Positions 13,680 through 19,671 of a stretch of DNA of 19,671 nt are shown here, in pieces (position 1 is the stretch's first letter; each line of letters begins with the position of its first letter). Position numbers and translations under genes: made by a program. Location: assembly GCA_016839445.1 (NCBI GenBank), contig JAEOUG010000041.1:1-19671 (forward strand), read 5' to 3'. Origin of the DNA: Candidatus Thorarchaeota archaeon (GTDB lineage Archaea > Asgardarchaeota > Thorarchaeia > Thorarchaeales > Thorarchaeaceae). A model generated the notes under the pieces. That model was given only the letters and a program-made list of their open reading frames with translations, did not search any database and was not told the DNA's origin.

Positions 13680-15848
13680 TTGGATTTCAGTCGGGATACT
13701 AAAGCGGTCCGAAGGGCTCTGATAGCACTACCCTTGTTGGCGGTGATTGCGCTTTCACTTGTGTCTTTTTCCGGCACGATCGGAGCCACTGGAAGTGCAG
13801 ATCTGGACCCCACCATTGAATATCAGAGCGCACCTCATGTTCTATCTGAGGTCGACTATTCGGCACTCTGGAACAGAACCTATGGTGCCTTTGACAACGA
13901 CAGGTTCTATGATATTGTCCATTGCAGCGATGGAGGTTATGCTCTGGTAGGATATACGACCAGTCTCACCATGGCCGACCAGGATGTGTGGGTCGTCAGA
14001 ACGAATGAGAACGGAGACGCTCTATGGACGACGGCATTCTCAATAGGGAGTCTGAATGACCGGGGTCAGGGTATCACAGAGTGTGCAAATGGCGATTTCG
14101 TGATATGCGGCAGCTATGAGACTGCAGCGAATCCTGATGCCATGGTGTGCAGAATTGACGACACGGGCGAGTTGCTGTGGACTTACGAGCTCGGCGGAAC
14201 GGGATTCTCAGACATCCTCTACGATGTCATAGAAGCTGACAACGGAAACATAATCGCTGTAGGTTCTACGAACACATGGGGTGCAGGCAACTACGACGCT
14301 CTTGCCGTATGCCTGACGAGTAATGGGAGTCCGGTCTGGACAAGAGCATATGGAGGCCATCTAGACGAACAGGGACAAGAGGTTGTCGAGTCCTCATCAG
14401 GTGGATACGCCATCCTGTCAAGCACGAGAACGTTCGGGGCAGGAGACGCAGACTTCTATCTCCTGCGGCTAGATGTCAGTGGGAATGTTCTCTGGAATCG
14501 AACCTACGGTGACACAGCGGATGACGTTCCCTACGGCATGGTGGAGAACGCATGGGGTGGTTTCGCAATGGTGGGAATGAGCGAGAGCTTCGGCGACCCT
14601 GCAGGAGACGTGTACCTCGTACGGACGGATTCCACTGGACACGAGCTTGGAGAGGACACCTACCCTGGAGCAGGGCAGGACTTCGCGACAGCTGTTGTAG
14701 AATCGTTCAGAGGTGGCTACGCAATAGCGTGCATAACAGGCTTCCTCTCTGGAGCGGATCAGACCCGTCTCATACGCGTGGAGTACGACGGGACTCAGGT
14801 ATGGAGCTATCCATATGGTGGAGCCAACGTAGACTACTCCTACGGCATTGCCCAACCACGACCCGATGAGTTCGTGCTTGCCGGGTGCACTAACAGCTAT
14901 GGGGCCGGAGGCTTTGATGGATGGCTGCTTCTGGTGCCGGGACCTCCACGTATTACTTCAAGCTTCTCAGACCAGTTCATCGAGTTTGGAGAATACTTCG
15001 TCACGGACGTGACCGCTGAGTCCACAGCGCCACTTGATCATTGGTGGCTTGACGATACATCGGTATTCCAGATTGTGGGAGGTACAATCTACAGCCCTGT
15101 GGCACCTTCCGTTGGCATGTATGAGGTCTGGGTCCATGTGAACAACACGGCAGGCTACGAGGCCGAACTCAACTTCTGGGTGTATGTTGACGATTTCACG
15201 GCGCCTACATGGCGCGAGCAACCAGAGAATCAGACGATTGAGTTCGGTGAGATGTTCTACTACGAACTCGGGGCAGAGGACCTGTCGCCCTTGGATGAGT
15301 GGATTATTGAAGGACCGGCCGGCTTCGACATAGACGATGGAGGCGTTATCACCAGTGATCAGATACCTCAGGTCGGAGAATATGTCTTAGAGGTCACCGT
15401 TGATGACATCTACAGCAACGCTCTCACTGCAGTCATCACTGTCACAGTCGAAGACACGACCGCTCCTGAGTGGGTCGAAACCCCCGAAGACCAGGACCTG
15501 CACTATGGGGACTATCTTGTCTACGACCTCAATGCCACAGACCTCTCTGGAATAGCCTCCTGGGAAGTGGAAGACACGGCACGATTCAGTGTTGATTACC
15601 AGGGACGCATCAGAAGTCTCGTTTCGCTGGCTCCTGGAACCCATGGAGTCACTGTGCATGTGACGGACACGCACGGGAATGTCCTCACAGGGAATTTCGT
15701 CGTGACCGTTGCTCCGGACACTTCTGGGGGGTCCATTGGCCCGAACATTTGGACCTCAACGATACCCTTCATCGCAGGAGTGGGAGCGACTCTTGTTGTC
15801 GGGTCTGTTGTGTGTGTCGCGTCGCGGAGGTCCTCATCAAAGGATTGA
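13680..15848 (+). CDS. Membrane-anchored surface protein: 7-bladed beta-propeller, three Ig/cadherin-like repeats, C-terminal TM
   Basis: Signal peptide. Seven repeats of about 50 aa (W.RTYGG...D....h....GGYhhhG...GAG..Dhhhh.hD..G). Three repeats of about 87 aa (P.W...P.DQ.IEFGE...), two preceded by D.TAP. Ends in a TM helix and SRR tail. Confidence 0.87.
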   Translation: MDFSRDTKAVRRALIALPLLAVIALSLVSFSGTIGATGSADLDPTIEYQSAPHVLSEVDYSALWNRTYGAFDNDRFYDIVHCSDGGYALVGYTTSLTMADQDVWVVRTNENGDALWTTAFSIGSLNDRGQGITECANGDFVICGSYETAANPDAMVCRIDDTGELLWTYELGGTGFSDILYDVIEADNGNIIAVGSTNTWGAGNYDALAVCLTSNGSPVWTRAYGGHLDEQGQEVVESSSGGYAILSSTRTFGAGDADFYLLRLDVSGNVLWNRTYGDTADDVPYGMVENAWGGFAMVGMSESFGDPAGDVYLVRTDSTGHELGEDTYPGAGQDFATAVVESFRGGYAIACITGFLSGADQTRLIRVEYDGTQVWSYPYGGANVDYSYGIAQPRPDEFVLAGCTNSYGAGGFDGWLLLVPGPPRITSSFSDQFIEFGEYFVTDVTAESTAPLDHWWLDDTSVFQIVGGTIYSPVAPSVGMYEVWVHVNNTAGYEAELNFWVYVDDFTAPTWREQPENQTIEFGEMFYYELGAEDLSPLDEWIIEGPAGFDIDDGGVITSDQIPQVGEYVLEVTVDDIYSNALTAVITVTVEDTTAPEWVETPEDQDLHYGDYLVYDLNATDLSGIASWEVEDTARFSVDYQGRIRSLVSLAPGTHGVTVHVTDTHGNVLTGNFVVTVAPDTSGGSIGPNIWTSTIPFIAGVGATLVVGSVVCVASRRSSSKD

Positions 15849-15908
15849 GAGGCGAGGTGTTGCTAGGTAACCATGTTAACCGCCATTAGAGGGACAAGAA
15901 GTCTGTTC

Positions 15909-15923
15909 TGCAAACCTTAATGT
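15909..15923 (+). promoter_or_regulatory. BRE/TATA-like promoter
   Basis: GCAAACCTTAAT about 35 bp upstream of the GAGGTG RBS (15951-15956). Confidence 0.5.
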
Positions 15924-15959
15924 GGCGATTTTCACACTAGTGAGAATGCTGAGGTGCGA

Positions 15960-16946
15960 GTGGTGCGTAAATGCGAGAAGTGCGGCAAGACTAACCAGCC
16001 AACGAGGAAGTTCTGTATCCGATGTGGAGCCAGCCTCATCAAAGCTCCCAAGCCAGAACCTGCCAGGGCGCCCCTGCCCCCGGCACAGACCTCGGAGAAG
16101 AGTAAGGCTATCGTTGGGTCTGAACAAGCACCACCACCCGACTCGGCTACACCAGCAGCGAACGATCAGTGGGTCAAACCCAGTGAGGTAGCTCGTGACA
16201 GAGTAAGAATGGCCGGGGGATCAGCCAGGGGGAAATCTGAGTTCGAGAAGGCGAAGGAGGCCTTCGCCAGAGCTGAGACTGTTGGTATTGATGAAGAGGG
16301 CACTGGGGTCATTGAAACAAGGATGCTTCGAGCCAGCGAGGTGAAGGAGTTGCTGGAAGGCCCGGGAATGATGGACGGGAGTGAAGAGGTTCCTCAACCC
16401 ACGATGATGGCTGGGAGTGAACCAGTCCCTCCTGAGGCACAAGAACTGATGAGGCCTGCTGCGCCGTCTCAGTCCCAGATTGAGAAACAGATACTCGGCT
16501 CGAAGTCCGGATTCGTTGAACAGGAAAAGCCGCCACCCGAGGCGCCGCCTGTTCTAGAGGCCACCACAGTGGAAGCAGAAGTTACGCCGGAGCTCTCAGC
16601 AGAGTTCACGTCCTCCAAGTACGAAGAGGAAGCAGTGGCTAAGCCTGCCCCGGCAAGTACTCCTCCTCCACAGGCAGCAGCTGCTGATGTTGACGAAGAT
16701 AGCTTGGATCTTGTGATTGCGTGTCCGTCCTGCGGCGGGATATTGAACATCGACATGTTTGAGTATCCTCCAGAGGTGTATAGCGCCATGGGGGATGCGC
16801 GGCTGAAGCAGGCTCGTTTCTTTGTGGTGCAGGGACAGAATGATGATGCCAAACGCATAGTCGACGTTGCCACGGCTCTATACGAGAAAGCTGGCGACAA
16901 GAAGGGCATAGCTGAGGCGGAGAAGCTGCGCAAGAGTTTGAAGTGA
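15960..16946 (+). CDS. Zinc-ribbon protein with Pro/Glu-rich disordered linker and C-terminal TPR-like helices
   Basis: CEKCG...KFCIRCG at the N-terminus, a P/E/A-rich middle, a lone CPSCG and a TPR/SNAP-like C-terminus (ARLKQA...QG..DDA......A..LYEKAGD..G..EA). The start is one of GTG 15954, 15960 or 15963. Confidence 0.8.
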   Translation: MVRKCEKCGKTNQPTRKFCIRCGASLIKAPKPEPARAPLPPAQTSEKSKAIVGSEQAPPPDSATPAANDQWVKPSEVARDRVRMAGGSARGKSEFEKAKEAFARAETVGIDEEGTGVIETRMLRASEVKELLEGPGMMDGSEEVPQPTMMAGSEPVPPEAQELMRPAAPSQSQIEKQILGSKSGFVEQEKPPPEAPPVLEATTVEAEVTPELSAEFTSSKYEEEAVAKPAPASTPPPQAAAADVDEDSLDLVIACPSCGGILNIDMFEYPPEVYSAMGDARLKQARFFVVQGQNDDAKRIVDVATALYEKAGDKKGIAEAEKLRKSLK

Positions 16947-16948
16947 AC

Positions 16949-17740
16949 CTAGGCTGCCAGCCATCTCTCCATGAACGACGACCGCTCCCCTTCGAAGTCC
17001 TCTGGCTGTCCACCAATCATGAGGAAGCGTTTGTCATAGGATACGGACTTGAGTAGTGCGAATATCTTCTCAAAGTCAATGGACCCCTCGCCGATCCGTG
17101 AGTGAGAATCATATCGAAGTGCCAGCTCCCTCATCTCACCCCGAGAAACATCTCTCTTCTTTTTGAGGTCAAGTACCTCCTGGATCATCCTACTTCCATT
17201 GTTGTCATGGACGTTCACCATCTCGATGAAGTCACCGAAGGTCTCGATGTGAGCAAGAGACCTGTTGCGAGTCGCAAGGATCTCACCATGGCCTATGTCT
17301 AGGACAAGACGCATCTGCGGAAACCTCTCGAAGAGCAGGCTCAGCTCTGTGTAGTAGAGGCCGAGGGTCTCAACAGCAATAGGAACACCTGCTTCTCTCG
17401 CGGCATCATATGCGACAGGTAGCGACTGCAGGAATGTGTCAATGTCCTCATCGTCGTAGAACAGAGTTGACAGTGTGGTATGAAAGGTAACCAGCCGGGC
17501 ATCAATCAATCTGGCCAGGTCGATGTATGGAGCGATTCCCTGGCTCAGCTCGTAGGGCTTCCAATCCGGGTTGCTTGGCAGATGGATGGTACACGATACC
17601 CCTGCAGAACTCAGAATGCCACAGGCCTCCTTGAGGTCAAGATCATGGCCAAGGTCTAGCCTCAGCTCAACGAAGTCAGGTTTGTGCTGAACTGCCTGTT
17701 TGACCTGCTCGGTGGTTCTGGCATAGGTTCCTATCTCCAT
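16949..17740 (-). CDS. Xylose isomerase-like / AP endonuclease family 2 TIM-barrel protein
   Basis: DFVEL, TIHLP, VTFH, IAVET, LVLDIGH, VHDNNG and H..IGEGSIDF motifs. ATG 17740 has an AGGGG RBS. Confidence 0.85.
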   Translation of the reverse strand: MEIGTYARTTEQVKQAVQHKPDFVELRLDLGHDLDLKEACGILSSAGVSCTIHLPSNPDWKPYELSQGIAPYIDLARLIDARLVTFHTTLSTLFYDDEDIDTFLQSLPVAYDAAREAGVPIAVETLGLYYTELSLLFERFPQMRLVLDIGHGEILATRNRSLAHIETFGDFIEMVNVHDNNGSRMIQEVLDLKKKRDVSRGEMRELALRYDSHSRIGEGSIDFEKIFALLKSVSYDKRFLMIGGQPEDFEGERSSFMERWLAA

Positions 17741-17880
17741 CTTGGTTCCCCTTTTAGAAGGGTCCTCCTCTCTCTGCTTTTGTGGCTTTTGGTGTGTTTT
17801 GGCTCGGAACGCCGGAGGTGCGTGGCGTAACTCGACGATACTGTTATTAGACGCTGAGGCCCACAATCCCCAGCAAGGCT

Positions 17881-18444
17881 TTGGTGTGGAGTGTAGTCAT
17901 CCTGCAAGACAACGTGGCCTATCTCTTCAAAATCGTCTTCCTGGGAGAAGGAGCAGTGGGGAAGACCAGCTTAGTAGGTCGCTATGTCTACGACAGCTTC
18001 GAGGGGGACTATCTCGCTACTATAGGTACTGACATCCATGTCAAGATCGTCGACGTCAAAGAAACACGCGTCAAGCTTGTGATATGGGATATAGCGGGAC
18101 AAGACAACTTCGCCCAGCTGAGGCGCGCCTATTATCAGAACGCCTCTGGAGCCTTCTTCGTATTCGACACGACTAGGACTGAGACCATCAGGCGCATTGA
18201 TGACTGGATCAATGCCCTCTACGCGGTGACCGGAGAGATTCCGCTTGTCATCCTCGAGAATAAGACCGACCTTGAGAGCGGCCTCGAAGAGGACGAGCGG
18301 CAGGCTGTGATCTCCAAGTATAATACACCCATCCTTAAGACGAGCGCAAAAGAGGATGTAAACGTAGAAGAGGCCTTCCGAGAGGTGACTGGAGAGATTC
18401 TTAAGCGTGCGCGCGAAAGGAAGTCTGCCGCCTCTGGTATGTGA
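17881..18444 (+). CDS. Rab-like small GTPase (Ras superfamily) 1
   Basis: G1 GEGAVGKT, G2 ATIG, G3 WDIAGQ, G4 NKTD, G5 TSAK, with RabF-like KLVIW and AYYQNA. Exact start uncertain. Confidence 0.95.
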   Translation: MVWSVVILQDNVAYLFKIVFLGEGAVGKTSLVGRYVYDSFEGDYLATIGTDIHVKIVDVKETRVKLVIWDIAGQDNFAQLRRAYYQNASGAFFVFDTTRTETIRRIDDWINALYAVTGEIPLVILENKTDLESGLEEDERQAVISKYNTPILKTSAKEDVNVEEAFREVTGEILKRARERKSAASGM

Positions 18445-18986
18445 GTGAGGGCCAAGGAGATCTCGAAATGCCCGGTTTGGACCCGGACTTCGTTTACAAG
18501 ATCGTCTTTCTCGGGGACACTGGCGTGGGAAAGACTTCACTAGTTCAGCGGTTCGTGTATGATAGTCTCGAGCCAGATTTGGGGAGGACTATTGGTGCTG
18601 TTCTTCACGTGAAGAACGTCGAACACAGGAGTGCCCTGCACAAGCTAGTGATTTGGGACCTTGGGGGCCAGGAATCCTTCGCACAGCTGAGAGAGCAATA
18701 CTGCGCCAACTCAACAGGTGCCTTCTTTGTCTTTGACCGGACCCGGCCGGACACGCTGGCGAATATGGACAGCTGGCTAGGCGCCCTGAAGACTGGAAGC
18801 AAGGATGCTGTTGTGGTGGCTGTTGAGAACAAGATAGATCTCGACTCTGCAATCACTGATGACCAGGTCAAGGCCCTCGTTGAGGCGCGAGGACTGATTC
18901 TCGTTCCCACTAGTGCCACCGAGAACCAGAACGTTGACAAGGCCTTTGAAGAGATGGTCAAGCTCATTCGTTCAAGAAGAGACTAG
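18441..18986 (+). CDS. Rab-like small GTPase (Ras superfamily) 2
   Basis: G1 GDTGVGKT, G2 RTIG, G3 WDLGGQ, G4 NKID, G5 TSAT. GTGA overlap with the previous stop (ATG 18468 is an alternative start). Confidence 0.95.
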   Translation: MSEGQGDLEMPGLDPDFVYKIVFLGDTGVGKTSLVQRFVYDSLEPDLGRTIGAVLHVKNVEHRSALHKLVIWDLGGQESFAQLREQYCANSTGAFFVFDRTRPDTLANMDSWLGALKTGSKDAVVVAVENKIDLDSAITDDQVKALVEARGLILVPTSATENQNVDKAFEEMVKLIRSRRD

Positions 18987-19669
18987 ATGAGTTCCTCTTC
19001 ATCCACGCCCTTGTAGGCCTGCCCAAGTTTCCTATGCTGACCCTCTACAAGGTACACCGCAGCCTCTGCGATTGAAATAGCCTCATCAGCTGCACGTTCG
19101 CAGTAGCGTCCGACTATCATGTAGCACATGGCAAGGGTCCCTATGTCCTTCCGCTGGCGTAAGTAGTCTGAGATTTCTTCAAACATGTCTGATAGCTCGT
19201 GATCACTCTGAGCCTCAAGTTTCTCAAGTTGGTCAATCTCAGAGAGGTCGGAATCCAGCACTGCCCGAAGGCTAGTCTCAAGGGCGGCCCGGGCGATGTC
19301 TGAGAGGTAGGGAATGGACTCGAGCTCCTTGAAGTGGTCAAGCCCATCACAGAGGGCCACAGTCTCGGAGATCTTCCTCGCGTATCGCGAGACGCGCCTG
19401 AGGCTGATTGAAGTGTAGAGGTAGGCCATTAACCTGCGGAGATCCGTGTCTTTGGGGCTGTACTGGGATGTAGCTCTGAAGACTGACTCCTCGATAGCAC
19501 GATGGAGGCCTTCTGATTCATCGGGTCCTTCGGCTGTGCTCTCTGCTCGTTCCTGATCTAGGTCTTCAAAGGACTCGATAGCCTCAGTGAAACGGGACAT
19601 GACTACCTCCAGCATTGCTCTCAGTTTGTCTGAGATGCTCAGGGATTCGGCTTGCAGAGGGTTACTCAT
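18983..19669 (-). CDS. phoU: Phosphate signalling complex protein PhoU family
   Basis: Two helical PhoU repeats: P..TDLRRL....LRRVSRYA..I and E...D...GRYCERAADEA.SIAEAAVYLVEG. ATG lies at the window edge. Confidence 0.88.
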   Translation of the reverse strand: MSNPLQAESLSISDKLRAMLEVVMSRFTEAIESFEDLDQERAESTAEGPDESEGLHRAIEESVFRATSQYSPKDTDLRRLMAYLYTSISLRRVSRYARKISETVALCDGLDHFKELESIPYLSDIARAALETSLRAVLDSDLSEIDQLEKLEAQSDHELSDMFEEISDYLRQRKDIGTLAMCYMIVGRYCERAADEAISIAEAAVYLVEGQHRKLGQAYKGVDEEELI

Positions 19670-19671
19670 GA

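Noticed and set aside
13860-14930. Recurring TGGAA(C/T)...ACCTA(T/C)GGT nucleotide similarity as a CRISPR or DNA repeat
   Set aside because: Explained by the protein-level beta-propeller repeats; no identical repeat-spacer array.
17741-17866. 42-aa N-terminal extension of the TIM-barrel ORF
   Set aside because: The domain starts at MEIG (17740) with its own RBS; the extension spans the divergent promoter region.
17971-18967. Antisense ORFs (189 and 120 aa) over the GTPase genes
   Set aside because: Fully overlap confident GTPase genes and have no recognisable features.

Overview
A gene-dense archaeal window. Two Rab-like small GTPases without prenylation signals, LipS2-type lipoate synthesis, GAGGTG ribosome-binding sites, BRE/TATA-like promoters and large membrane-anchored surface proteins point to an Asgard archaeon, most plausibly Thorarchaeia (inference). 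From left to right it holds: (1) a lipoate-assembly operon with a cytoplasmic M23/LAS-like Zn-hydrolase, radical SAM LipS2 and split LplA/LplB; (2) a hypothetical gene and an EamA transporter, divergent from an HTH_10 regulator with a candidate operator; (3) a small coiled-coil protein, a HExxH membrane metalloprotease and a small winged-helix protein, converging on a long coiled-coil protein with a C-terminal winged helix; (4) a surface protein with three GATase-like/GIFT-like domains; (5) a methyltransferase-like gene divergent from an ATP-grasp ligase; (6) a 7-bladed beta-propeller + 3 Ig-like + TM protein; (7) a Zn-ribbon/Pro-rich/TPR-like protein, an AP-endonuclease-2-type TIM barrel, the tandem Rab-like GTPases and phoU. 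I saw no tRNA, rRNA, CRISPR array or mobile element. The best candidates for undescribed biology are the M23-like hydrolase in the lipoylation operon and the coiled-coil/intramembrane protease/wHTH module. All family assignments come from recognising motifs by eye; no searches were run.
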